IMG/VR virus record: IMGVR_UViG_3300028888_003544
From: an uncultured virus (IMG/VR IMGVR_UViG_3300028888_003544)
Taxonomy: Duplodnaviria; Heunggongvirae; Uroviricota; Caudoviricetes
DNA: 20,000 bases
Direction: 5' to 3' (one strand)
Positions 1 through 8,666 of the stretch are shown piece by piece; positions within the stretch are counted from its first letter, which is position 1; each line of letters starts with the position of its first letter. Under the pieces are notes generated by a model that searched no databases, had not been told where the DNA came from, and saw only the letters and a list, made by a program, of their open reading frames with translations. Position numbers and translations under genes: made by a program.

Positions 1-2
1 TC

Positions 3-458
3 GAGGAGCACAAGGACTGGATTGAACAGGCGAGAAAAAAGACGTATGAGCGTCAGAAGCAGCGGGCAGAGTTCTACAACAAACTGCCACTGACCACTCG
101 CGCCCAAGCCGACGAAGCATTGAAACGGTTGAAGGCGCTGGTGGAACCGATGATGGAAAAACATGCCAAGGAAATGGGAGTTAAACCAAGCATCGTCTAT
201 TACAAGCCCACCATCTCGCGCTGGGGCCAGTGCAACGTGAAAGACCGTAGCATTTGTATCTCTGCCTACGTCCTACTGTTGCCGGAATGGTGCGTCGAGC
301 ATGTAGTGGTTCACGAATTATGCCACCTCTTGGAACCAAGCCACAATGCCCGATTCCATGCCCTCATGGACAAGTATTTCCCCCGTTGGCGCGAGGCCCG
401 TAAGGAAACACATAGGATATGCAGGTTAGAAGAGGATGAAGAAGATGAAAGTAAGTAA
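3..458 (+). CDS. YgjP/DUF45 (M48/SprT-like) zinc metalloprotein, 5'-truncated by the window edge
   Basis: Frame is open from position 3 (EEHKDWIEQARKK...). Motifs SRWGQCN, HVVVHELCHL (HExxH) and HNARFHALMDKYFPRW are typical of DUF45/YgjP. Confidence 0.85.
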   Translation, partial: EEHKDWIEQARKKTYERQKQRAEFYNKLPLTTRAQADEALKRLKALVEPMMEKHAKEMGVKPSIVYYKPTISRWGQCNVKDRSICISAYVLLLPEWCVEHVVVHELCHLLEPSHNARFHALMDKYFPRWREARKETHRICRLEEDEEDESK

Positions 459-504
459 ACTCAAGTATCACGTTTTCTTAAATTCTTTGGAGTTATGAAG
501 TTAA

Positions 505-523
505 GGTGTTATGTCATAACACC
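505..523. repeat. Perfect 19-bp palindrome GGTGTTATG-T-CATAACACC
   Basis: 9-bp arms with a 1-bp spacer, in the intergenic region between convergent genes at the left edge of the island. Confidence 0.8.
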
Positions 524-626
524 AGCATTGTGTCACGGGACAGATGACATTTATTTTTATGTGGATCAGAAGGAAACTGCAGATTAGAATGAAATCCTAT
601 AATCTAAGCTTGATATAACCATTGAT

Positions 627-1094
627 CTATTTATTTAAAGAGCTTCCAACGTTTTGTCTTGATTCCAGAACTTCTTGTTGCAAATGCTTCTGCTCATATT
701 TACAAAGGATGGCCATATTATCCCGACCCACTTTATCCAAACATTCCGCCATAGCTTTAAGAGCATAACACCTCTGATAAGTATATTTCTTTTCGTATAT
801 TTCCAGAATCCGATACATCGGCAACACTTGTTCAAGCAGATGTAATGCTTTGGCATACTCTCCCCTTTTCATATATATTCTTGAGAGATTGTCCATTGGT
901 GCAGCATATTGATCGAGTTCTAAGGGAACAAAACCACGCGTACCATCATCTACAAGGTCGTAAAGGTAGTTTTTTATATCATTCTCACATATGACAACCA
1001 TTTCCTTGTATATTTCAAATTCTTCATCAGAATCTACCTCACTATGCTCAAGGGCATCATACAAATCTCGATAGTTTTTTTCTACCATCATCAT
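627..1094 (-). CDS. TPR-like helical repeat protein
   Basis: MDNLSRIYMKRGEYAKALHLLEQVL and YALKAMAECLDKVGRDNMA fit the TPR pattern. Confidence 0.6.
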   Translation of the reverse strand: MMMVEKNYRDLYDALEHSEVDSDEEFEIYKEMVVICENDIKNYLYDLVDDGTRGFVPLELDQYAAPMDNLSRIYMKRGEYAKALHLLEQVLPMYRILEIYEKKYTYQRCYALKAMAECLDKVGRDNMAILCKYEQKHLQQEVLESRQNVGSSLNK

Positions 1095-1121
1095 TATATC
1101 TATAACAGCATTTTTGATGTA

Positions 1122-1841
1122 TCATATTAATCCATGCGTTGTTAGATGGTCCCTAATTTCTTTTGCTATATCTGCTATTATTCCATAATCAAAAAGATTA
1201 CTTAGCTGTCGGGTATGTATAACTAATTTCTTTCCATCGTCACCATGATGTGTGTAAAACCAATGCCCGGATTTATAACTATCTTTATGTTCTCCTCTTG
1301 GTTTACCCTTTGAATCAGGCTTAATATCATACTCCACACCAAAAGACTTATTAATTAAGAAACCTCTTTCTTCATCGTTTGTAATAAAGTTTCCACATGC
1401 CAATAATATAACTGGAAAACTCTTTATGAACTCTGATTTTTTAAAAAAACGAAGTCTCTCATCTATATTCTTGATGGTTTCATTATCTAGTTCTGCCTGT
1501 GGGCGAAACATTGTGTTGAGTTCTGTAGTAAAAGCGTATTCCTCAAAACCATACACAGTAGGGTTAAATTCCTTTTGTGGAAATACTTGTTCAATCATTT
1601 TTTGATAATTATTCCACGTAGGATTTCTTTTACGGACACCCTTTCCAAAATTATTATTTTTGCAAAGATCATAATCTTCTTGTAACAGGAGACGTATATC
1701 CCCTGGATCTGCGATCAAGCTCTCTTTATAAGGTTCTTTTCCAACAATTAGAATGTGAGAATTAGGATTTCCCAGTCCACACCACTCATTACGATTCTGA
1801 CATTCTACTAAAAACTCTTCAAACAGTTTCTTTTTTTCCAT
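1122..1841 (-). CDS. Uracil-DNA-glycosylase-superfamily-like protein (divergent)
   Basis: N-terminal WCGLGNPNSHILIVGKEP resembles UDG family 4/5 motif A (GxGnpxAxixxVGExP). C-terminal KLVIHTRQLS sits where motif B (HPS) is expected. Confidence 0.6.
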   Translation of the reverse strand: MEKKKLFEEFLVECQNRNEWCGLGNPNSHILIVGKEPYKESLIADPGDIRLLLQEDYDLCKNNNFGKGVRKRNPTWNNYQKMIEQVFPQKEFNPTVYGFEEYAFTTELNTMFRPQAELDNETIKNIDERLRFFKKSEFIKSFPVILLACGNFITNDEERGFLINKSFGVEYDIKPDSKGKPRGEHKDSYKSGHWFYTHHGDDGKKLVIHTRQLSNLFDYGIIADIAKEIRDHLTTHGLI

Positions 1842-1868
1842 AATTTCCTGTTATAGATTACGTGTTTG

Positions 1869-1876
1869 CAAATATA
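1869..1876 (-). promoter_or_regulatory. Bacteroidota sigma-A -7 box (TATATTTG)
   Basis: Matches TAnnTTTG, 27 nt upstream of the 1841 start. Confidence 0.6.
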
Positions 1877-1906
1877 GTGAATATTTGGGATATAACAAAT
1901 TGTTTT

Positions 1907-2425
1907 TCAAAAAAGAAGCACGGTATCACGCAAAAACCAATTCAATAGCAGCTTATTGCCACAGAATATGGGTCTTGAAACTATATCGAATGAGTAAGTG
2001 CAGAACATCACTCTTTCAATCATTGTGTCCTGTGAAAAAACTTGTGCAACAAACATTCGCTGCAAATTATCCTCAACGGTACATTCAGAAATCCATTTCA
2101 TTCCAAACAACTTCGCTGGATCGTGTTCCTGCAAATGGTTGCCATCAGGGAATATGTACTGAATAACTTGGAAACGCTCAAAGAAAGGATCTTTCAGTAA
2201 TTCCTCGTCATAGACAACATAATAACAATATAATTGAACATCAATATTCTTATTTTTTGAAGAACCAGGAAAGTCTCTAAATAGTCTCTTCAGATACTTA
2301 AAATCTATATCCTCGTTCCCTTCTTTTTGCGTGACAACCAGAATTTTCGCATCAGGATTGCCACAACCAACATTCTTATTGGGGAACCTTTCCCCCAGTC
2401 TATTAAGTTCATCATTATTTGCCAT
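1907..2425 (-). CDS. Degenerate UDG-like paralog of 1122..1841
   Basis: NVGCGNPDAKILVVTQKE aligns to WCGLGNPNSHILIVGKEP. FFERFQVI aligns to FIKSFPVI, and KLFGMKW to KSFGVEY. Confidence 0.5.
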   Translation of the reverse strand: MANNDELNRLGERFPNKNVGCGNPDAKILVVTQKEGNEDIDFKYLKRLFRDFPGSSKNKNIDVQLYCYYVVYDEELLKDPFFERFQVIQYIFPDGNHLQEHDPAKLFGMKWISECTVEDNLQRMFVAQVFSQDTMIERVMFCTYSFDIVSRPIFCGNKLLLNWFLRDTVLLF

Positions 2426-2445
2426 AACTCTTTCATTTTTGATGG

Positions 2446-2482
2446 CAAAGATATGGAGGCAATATGCAACATGATTGCATAT
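2446..2482 (-). promoter_or_regulatory. -7 box TATCTTTG (2446-2453) plus palindromic operator ATATGCAA-CATGA-TTGCATAT (2462-2482)
   Basis: Perfect 8-bp inverted repeat over the -33 region of the promoter for 1907..2425. Confidence 0.65.
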
Positions 2483-2491
2483 CAGAAAGAA

Positions 2492-3400
2492 TTATTCATA
2501 AAAATCGTGCATTTCTTGAATAATGGCCTTGATTTGCTGACGGAAGGAATCTGGCGAGAGTACTTCCAACTGGTTCCCATGACTCAAGATCTCCTGAATA
2601 AAATCGTAGGTTGGTGCTATCTTATATTCAAAAATGGTATACTCAGCTTTTGACTCTATTTCACGCTGGCTATGATGCAAAGGAAGTGAACGCAGATAAT
2701 GCGGTTTCTCGCGATAGGTCTTCAATCGTATAGTCATAGGCTTCGCATCATGGAATACGCCATAATAATCTGTGTAATAATCTTGGGGCGAGTAATCCTT
2801 TGGGTAGTTAAACTTGGATTCCATGACCTCCACGCGTTTGATGCGATCAAGTCCAAAGCGGTAAATCTCTTTCCCTGGCAATACAAGCGCCATCACATAC
2901 CAACGACGTTTGAACAACCTGATGAAGTAAGGATTAACCTTTAATCCCTGAACAGTATTGCCAAAGAAATCTTCATAATCAATCACTATTTGGCGATTAT
3001 CACGCATCGCAGTTGTAATGATTTCGAGGTAATACCTCCCAGATGGTACATCCTCCAACATGATCCTATCGCTAATAGAACGGTTATCCATCAAGAGATT
3101 ACTAACAGCAAAGGAATCGAGCAGCCATTGGTTGATGGAATCATTCTCCAGCGCATCAGGGTTATCAATATAATATAGGTTAGAACCTCTCTGACACTCT
3201 ATTACCACCCCAAACTGCATCAGGATCGCATTTCGATGATTATGGAAAGTTCGCAATTTCAGAGGCTGGTGCAGATCATTGATATATGCATTATCCCATT
3301 TGCGGGCAATATCCTCAAACGAAATCTTGCCAGCATCATAGATTGTGGAAATCAACCACATGTATTTTGCGTATAACCTATCAGTCATGTTTTTATCCAC
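2492..3400 (-). CDS. WYL-domain transcriptional regulator (wHTH-WYL-WCX)
   Basis: LRTFHNHRNAI (HTH), VNPYFIRLFKRRWYV and FGLDRI (WYL), LRSLPLHHSQ and LEVLSPDSFR (WCX). Start is GTG at 3400 or ATG at 3388. -7 box TAATTTTG at 3414-3421. Confidence 0.92.
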   Translation of the reverse strand: MDKNMTDRLYAKYMWLISTIYDAGKISFEDIARKWDNAYINDLHQPLKLRTFHNHRNAILMQFGVVIECQRGSNLYYIDNPDALENDSINQWLLDSFAVSNLLMDNRSISDRIMLEDVPSGRYYLEIITTAMRDNRQIVIDYEDFFGNTVQGLKVNPYFIRLFKRRWYVMALVLPGKEIYRFGLDRIKRVEVMESKFNYPKDYSPQDYYTDYYGVFHDAKPMTIRLKTYREKPHYLRSLPLHHSQREIESKAEYTIFEYKIAPTYDFIQEILSHGNQLEVLSPDSFRQQIKAIIQEMHDFYE

Positions 3401-3475
3401 TTAAATATGAGCACAAAATTACAAAAATTACTGATAATTCATCAACTTTGCAAAATGTTTTGATAATTATTAAGG

Positions 3476-3495
3476 TATGCCAGATAAAATGCACA
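3476..3495. promoter_or_regulatory. Candidate WYL operator TATGCCA-N7-TGCACA upstream of WYL-1
   Basis: Matches the consensus of the sites at 2463, 4339 and 5891. Confidence 0.45.
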
Positions 3496-3500
3496 CGTAA

Positions 3501-4295
3501 TTATTTCTCTTTGTTGTTTATAAAAATTGGAAGATCATCATATCGTGGTTCGCCTTTCAACACTTTAAGTGCAATGTCCTGCCAAGTCTTGCACTTGAAA
3601 TAGGGTGCATGAGCCATTTTGATATGCAAGTTGCGGACATTGATATTATAGGGAAATGCAAGCATTGCACAACGTTCGCCTATCTTCGCGTCCATGTTAT
3701 CATAGTCCAAATCATAAAAAACATTTCCAATGATAACTACTTTATTGGTATATCGCATTTGGATAGGACAATTGTCAAGTACGTAATAATAGTCATCATT
3801 ACCCTCCCCAAAGTTGTTGACCCCAGCAATAAAAGTGTATCCCTTATAATTCTTGTTTGGATGTCTTGCTCTACTCTTCTCACCATTGGAAATGATATTC
3901 GTGTTCATTATGGCCGTTGCTTTTACTACGTCGCCAGTGTATATTTTCTTGCCTTTATCATCTCGATAACCAGTATAGAAGCCTGCGAACATGACAGGAA
4001 ATATGTTGATAGGTTCGAACATATGCAAATTTCCCAATGAACCGTAAAGGTCGAAATCATCCAACGTCAAATGCTCTTTCAATGTTTTCCTTTGGGTCCA
4101 ATAATACATTTGATCGTGATAAAAGAACAAATCGTAGATGCTGGTATATCCAAAACTACCATCTTCGTTGATAAACCTGACTTCCACATCCTCGCCATAG
4201 TGCTCGATCTCATCTTCTGCTCCTAAAGAGCATAATTCTAAGAACCCGTTGCACATCTTTTTCAACTCTTCCAAACTTAAAACTCTTGCTTTCAT
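3501..4295 (-). CDS. YopX-like domain protein with N- and C-terminal extensions
   Basis: GFYTGYRDDKGKKIYTGDVV matches the YopX core (TGxxDkxGxxIYxGDiv). VIIGNVFYD matches the YopX C-terminal VIGNI motif. Confidence 0.65.
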   Translation of the reverse strand: MKARVLSLEELKKMCNGFLELCSLGAEDEIEHYGEDVEVRFINEDGSFGYTSIYDLFFYHDQMYYWTQRKTLKEHLTLDDFDLYGSLGNLHMFEPINIFPVMFAGFYTGYRDDKGKKIYTGDVVKATAIMNTNIISNGEKSRARHPNKNYKGYTFIAGVNNFGEGNDDYYYVLDNCPIQMRYTNKVVIIGNVFYDLDYDNMDAKIGERCAMLAFPYNINVRNLHIKMAHAPYFKCKTWQDIALKVLKGEPRYDDLPIFINNKEK

Positions 4296-4322
4296 ACTTC
4301 ACCCTTTTTTCGTTTGACAGTA

Positions 4323-4360
4323 CAAAAGTAAGAGTAGATGTGGCAAAAACGTTGCACAGT
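4323..4360 (-). promoter_or_regulatory. -7 box TACTTTTG (4323-4330) plus operator TGTGGCAAAAACGTTGCACAGT (4339-4360)
   Basis: 4341-4360 is 19/20 identical to 5893-5912. Confidence 0.7.
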
Positions 4361-4369
4361 GGGGAATAA

Positions 4370-5182
4370 TTATCTGAATATTTTTAATATTTCCTCATAT
4401 TTACCATCTTCAAAATTTGCTGGTGTGATATATTGGCTAATCATACTTGATGGCTTTTTCTCTACAATATTAAACTCATCAAAGAATTTCTGTGACAATA
4501 GTTTTGTCCATTCCTTTTTCGCTCTCATTATAAGAAAACACACTTTATCTCTACGACTCTCAGCAATATGCCAAAGCATTTTCTTTAGATAATCCTGTGA
4601 CTCTAACTTGTCGCCTTTGCGGGGAAACACTCGTCCTGAAGTTTGAGAAGTATATCCATGATACTCCACAAGTGCAATTCGTCGATAGAATTCTTTTTCA
4701 CTAAGACCTGTGTCCATTCTGAGCTGTTTCAGCATTTTTACCCAATACCAATCACCAAGCATATTTACAGCCTCATTACAGGTAATACAGCAATCCTCAT
4801 TTTTCTCATCTTCGGGCAAGAAAGCCTCTGCCTCCAGACGAAGTGTTTGGGCTTTATATTCTATTAGTTGACGCCGTACTGTCTCGTTGGTTTGCATAAG
4901 CAACGCCAGCGTTTTGTTAACTTCTGGAACATAACCAGGATTTAGACTTAATATAATTAGACGAGCTTTGAGTGGATTTCCCCACCATGGTTCTGCTGGG
5001 ATCTTAGTGATTATCTCGTCTGTTGTACCATTCGCTTTCTTATTGTAGTTTTCAATTGCGTCCCTATCACCTTCACAGAAATAGTTGTTTTCTCCGTAAA
5101 GACAATCCATTTTATTAGGTGAATACATTTTCGCAACCTCCAACCAGGGATTTTCGGTTATTTTAAACTGCTTTTCTGCCAT
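4370..5182 (-). CDS. UDG-fold DNA glycosylase, Brig1-like candidate
   Basis: IPAEPWWGNPLKARLIILSLNPGY (PxPxxG...LxLNPG motif A), ALVEYHGYTS and FLIMRAKKEW. Length 270 aa. Own -7 box TATCTTTG at 5206-5213. Confidence 0.6.
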   Translation of the reverse strand: MAEKQFKITENPWLEVAKMYSPNKMDCLYGENNYFCEGDRDAIENYNKKANGTTDEIITKIPAEPWWGNPLKARLIILSLNPGYVPEVNKTLALLMQTNETVRRQLIEYKAQTLRLEAEAFLPEDEKNEDCCITCNEAVNMLGDWYWVKMLKQLRMDTGLSEKEFYRRIALVEYHGYTSQTSGRVFPRKGDKLESQDYLKKMLWHIAESRRDKVCFLIMRAKKEWTKLLSQKFFDEFNIVEKKPSSMISQYITPANFEDGKYEEILKIFR

Positions 5183-5333
5183 ATTACAAATATTTAATTT
5201 TGGTGCAAAGATACGAAATATTTGTCATTTTTCTATCCTTTCCCTTTTTATCTCCCCCAAAAATCCTTATTTTCATCTTAACAATTATGTTTGTCGTTTT
5301 TTATAATCTTGAATCAACTTAAATTTCTCCAGA

Positions 5334-5861
5334 TTATCCTGTAGGGTTCCTTTTATGATAATCAATTTTTTTTCGCCTATCATCTGGCCAAAAGTTTAGA
5401 ATTGCATTTAAGCACGAATGTCGTACAACTAAATAAAGAACATTTAAGTCATCATTATGAAGTTCATTTCTGCCAATATAGTTCTTGGTTAATACAGTAA
5501 CCAATATATCCCATTCGTCATCATCGTCAAAATCAATGGTATCAATATACAGTTCATGTGCCAATTTCTTCATTTCTGAAACCATAGAATTAGTATCATA
5601 CTTAGGCAACAGTAGAAATAGTTTTTCGAGTATCTTTATGACATCTTCTGGAGAATAGAATCGATAATCAATCAACCAATAGGCATCTACCCAATCACAA
5701 TAAACATGATGAGAATTATATTCTGATTTACCAATATAGAAAATACGATCATCTTTAATAAGACGTATGCCACTGAATCCTTTATTGATGAAGTCCATTT
5801 TAACTTCAGCAATTCCATCCATCTTTATAATCATTTCTTTTACTATCTCTATCTTGCTCAT
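5334..5861 (-). CDS. Hypothetical protein divergent from WYL-2
   Basis: Long ORF. Start moved to ATG at 5861 (MSKIEIV) because the longer ORF runs through the promoter/operator region. Confidence 0.7.
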   Translation of the reverse strand: MSKIEIVKEMIIKMDGIAEVKMDFINKGFSGIRLIKDDRIFYIGKSEYNSHHVYCDWVDAYWLIDYRFYSPEDVIKILEKLFLLLPKYDTNSMVSEMKKLAHELYIDTIDFDDDDEWDILVTVLTKNYIGRNELHNDDLNVLYLVVRHSCLNAILNFWPDDRRKKIDYHKRNPTG

Positions 5862-5874
5862 AGTTGTTTTTCTG

Positions 5875-5935
5875 CAAAAAAACAAAAAGAAATGGCAAAA
5901 ACATTGCACAGTCTCAGATAATTTTGCTATATTTG
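5875..5935. promoter_or_regulatory. Divergent promoter pair with central operator TGGCAAAAACATTGCACAGT (5893-5912)
   Basis: + strand -7 box TATATTTG at 5928-5935 precedes WYL-2. A degenerate minus-strand -7 box (TTTTTTTG) lies at 5875-5882. Confidence 0.7.
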
Positions 5936-5953
5936 CACAAAAATCTATGAGTT

Positions 5954-6856
5954 ATGGCAAAAAATCTATTGGCACGCTACATTTGGGAGGTATCCACCAT
6001 TTACAGAGCAAGGCGAATAACGCTGAAAGAAATCAATGAGAAATGGCGCGATTCACCCTATTATGACGGCAAGGATATCCCAAGACGTACATTCGACTAT
6101 CACCGTAAGGAGGTAGAGATGATCTTCGACTTGAACATAGTTTGTGATAAGCACGATAACACTTATCATATTGAAGATGATGATGGTTATAGAAATGGGG
6201 AAGTCCGCCGTTGGCTTATTAACAGCTTTGCCATGACAAGTGTTATTCGCGAAGGCAGAGAATTAGAAGACCGCATATCACTAGAACAGATTCCTTCTGC
6301 TGAGCCGTTTCTATCAATTGTAATCCAGGCTATGCGTGAAAACAAAATACTCGATTTGCACTATCAAAGTTATGAGCGAGACATACCCACTATCCATCTG
6401 CTACACCCTTATGCTGTGAAACTGTTCAAGCAACGATGGTACGTTATAGGTTTGAGTGAAAAGAAAGATCGTATTTTGATATTTGCAATGGATCGCATCC
6501 AGGAATTAATAATTACTGATCAGAAGTTCCGCTATCCTAAAGAATTCAGCATTCATGACTATTATCGCGATTCATTTGGTATTATTATAGATGATATTAT
6601 AGTAGCACAGCGTATTCGTCTGAAAGTTATGAACAACCAGGCATATTATTTTCGTTCATTACCACTTCACTCCTCGCAAAAAGAAATTGAAACTCTTTCT
6701 GAGTATTCTATTTTTGAATATTGGCTAAAACCTACTTATGATTTTGAGCAGGAGATACTTTCCCATCGCGAAGATGTAGAGGTCTTGGAGCCTGCCCAAC
6801 TAAGAGAGACTATTAAAGAGAGCATCTTGAAAATGGCGAAAATATATTCTCTCTAG
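5954..6856 (+). CDS. WYL-domain transcriptional regulator (paralog of 2492..3400)
   Basis: RRTFDYHRKEV, HPYAVKLFKQRWYV, FAMDRI, FRSLPLHSSQ and VEVLEPAQLR. Confidence 0.92.
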   Translation: MAKNLLARYIWEVSTIYRARRITLKEINEKWRDSPYYDGKDIPRRTFDYHRKEVEMIFDLNIVCDKHDNTYHIEDDDGYRNGEVRRWLINSFAMTSVIREGRELEDRISLEQIPSAEPFLSIVIQAMRENKILDLHYQSYERDIPTIHLLHPYAVKLFKQRWYVIGLSEKKDRILIFAMDRIQELIITDQKFRYPKEFSIHDYYRDSFGIIIDDIIVAQRIRLKVMNNQAYYFRSLPLHSSQKEIETLSEYSIFEYWLKPTYDFEQEILSHREDVEVLEPAQLRETIKESILKMAKIYSL

Positions 6857-6968
6857 AAATTGTGTTATTTTTGGTTAACACCATTATATTTGTGTTAAAG
6901 ATACCTAATTTCTGTGATATAAAGTATAGTAAACTACGCATTATATATATTACATAATTAAAAATATA

Positions 6969-7493
6969 ATGATAGAAAAAGAAATAAGCGAAAACTATTA
7001 CTTTATACCTGCCGATTATAATGAAAGAGGTAGGCGAAAGACTGATGATATGACATTTCGTGATGTCATAAAGGAGTTTGAGCGAGACTTCCACAAATGC
7101 CATACAACGGAATATGCCCTGAATCTTTATGCTAACTCACAAACGATGAACTTGCTGGCAAGATCTTGTGATGCGGCTCCATTCATGACTTATGGCATGG
7201 ACCTAACACAAGGCAAAGCATTTGATGCAGAAAAAGATCCCTATGCTAATCACCAGATGGAAAAGTACAGCGGAAGTATTTTCGTCTATGGCATCGACTC
7301 GGCGTTTATGACAGAATATGACAAATGTGGTTATCCGATAATTGATGAAGATAGCGACATCTACCCTCTGACTCTGCTCATTGATGACACAATGAGGAAT
7401 GGCACCATTCGGCTGGCTGTTCCTACTCTTGATGATTCTGACGACGAAATGACCCCAATAACTGTTGACACACCAAAATACGCATATGCCTAA
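6969..7493 (+). CDS. Hypothetical acidic protein, first gene of the + strand operon
   Basis: 174-aa ORF preceded by a TATATTTG -7 box (~6885). Its stop overlaps the next start (TAATG). Confidence 0.7.
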   Translation: MIEKEISENYYFIPADYNERGRRKTDDMTFRDVIKEFERDFHKCHTTEYALNLYANSQTMNLLARSCDAAPFMTYGMDLTQGKAFDAEKDPYANHQMEKYSGSIFVYGIDSAFMTEYDKCGYPIIDEDSDIYPLTLLIDDTMRNGTIRLAVPTLDDSDDEMTPITVDTPKYAYA

Positions 7494-7726
7494 TGAGAAG
7501 TATTGCCGGTAACAAAGAGTGGTCACTTATTCATAACGACAATGGAGAATGGATAAGCGAGGAACATGTGGTGTTCATCTCCAAGACAGATGAAAGAATA
7601 TTCCAGAAGGAAGCCATGAAACATGGTTATAATCTTTCTGTTCAACATGGGCTAGACGATAGTCTATGGTGTTATAAACATGACTATGTTATTATTTCAA
7701 AATTATGCAATTATGAACAAAAATGA
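7493..7726 (+). CDS. Small hypothetical protein
   Basis: 77 aa, overlapping both neighbours (translational coupling). Confidence 0.6.
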   Translation: MRSIAGNKEWSLIHNDNGEWISEEHVVFISKTDERIFQKEAMKHGYNLSVQHGLDDSLWCYKHDYVIISKLCNYEQK

Positions 7727-8666
7727 ACTTTTAACATTGATTTGGCAGAAAATAGATAATAAAAACATTAGATTTCCATCTCAAATTGAATTCTGCGTAG
7801 AAAATGGAACTCTTAACATCGGCATATCTGCTGATGCCACATGCAATAATATGCAGACAGATGGTGCAGCTTTTGAAGGATGGGCAATATGCATAAAAAG
7901 CCAATTGCCTGAGATTGTCAGCATCGTCCAATTAAGTTGGAAGAAACCAGAAATAAGGAAGGATGGAAATAAAAAGCTTCATTATAACCGCTTTTTATAT
8001 CGTGTATTGAAGTTTTCAGAGTTATATGAATGGTTTTCCATATCAGAAATAAATATCCCTGAGATTGAAGATTTTAAACGAGAGCTCACGGACTTGCAAA
8101 ACAATAGTTTTTCTGAGAATCCTAAAATAAAAGGAGTCGATAAAGAAAAATTCAGATTAAGTGAGACGGTTGTTGAATACCTTTTGGCAAACGATCTTTC
8201 TTCTTCTATTAGAAAACGTTTTGATCTTGATTTTATAGACAGGCAATTCCCTGTGGGAGTAAAAAAAGGCGACAAGCCTTTCTTTACAGGAGGTATGTCT
8301 GCCATTGACTTGTGGGGGACAAAAGGTGACACTCTGACTATTATCGAACTCAAATATAATGGAGGTGATTCAAAAAACATCAAAGTAGGTATTATTTCCG
8401 AGATATTCATGTACTCATGTATTATGAGGGATATAATAAAAGGGCTCATATCGCGACCTTATAAGACTCCAAAGAAACATGAGGAGATGCTTTATGACAA
8501 TCATAAAAAGTATAAGCATATTGTGGCAAGAATGTTATCGGACAAGTATCATCCTTTATTAGAAAATGAAAAGGTATTATCAATACTAAATCAGCAAATT
8601 ATTGCAAAAGGAGATATTAACATTGAGTATAACAAAACAACATATAAGCTGATTGAAATGATATGA
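7713..8666 (+). CDS. PD-(D/E)xK-family nuclease-like protein
   Basis: SETVVE...RQFPVG...AIDLWGTKGDTLTIIELKY gives the E...D...ExK arrangement. N-terminal part carries MQTDGAAFEGWAI. Likely start is MNKNEL at 7713. Confidence 0.65.
   Translation: MNKNELLTLIWQKIDNKNIRFPSQIEFCVENGTLNIGISADATCNNMQTDGAAFEGWAICIKSQLPEIVSIVQLSWKKPEIRKDGNKKLHYNRFLYRVLKFSELYEWFSISEINIPEIEDFKRELTDLQNNSFSENPKIKGVDKEKFRLSETVVEYLLANDLSSSIRKRFDLDFIDRQFPVGVKKGDKPFFTGGMSAIDLWGTKGDTLTIIELKYNGGDSKNIKVGIISEIFMYSCIMRDIIKGLISRPYKTPKKHEEMLYDNHKKYKHIVARMLSDKYHPLLENEKVLSILNQQIIAKGDINIEYNKTTYKLIEMI

Noticed and set aside
3501..4295. Prophage, suggested by the YopX domain
   Set aside because: No structural, terminase, integrase or replication genes are in the window.
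4341..5912. TGGCAAAAAC(G/A)TTGCA as sigma54 promoters (GG-N10-GC)
   Set aside because: The 4341 copy would fire antisense into a gene, the related sites at 2463 and 3476 lack the GG, and the fixed spacing to sigma-A -7 boxes fits an operator better. Not fully excluded for 5893.
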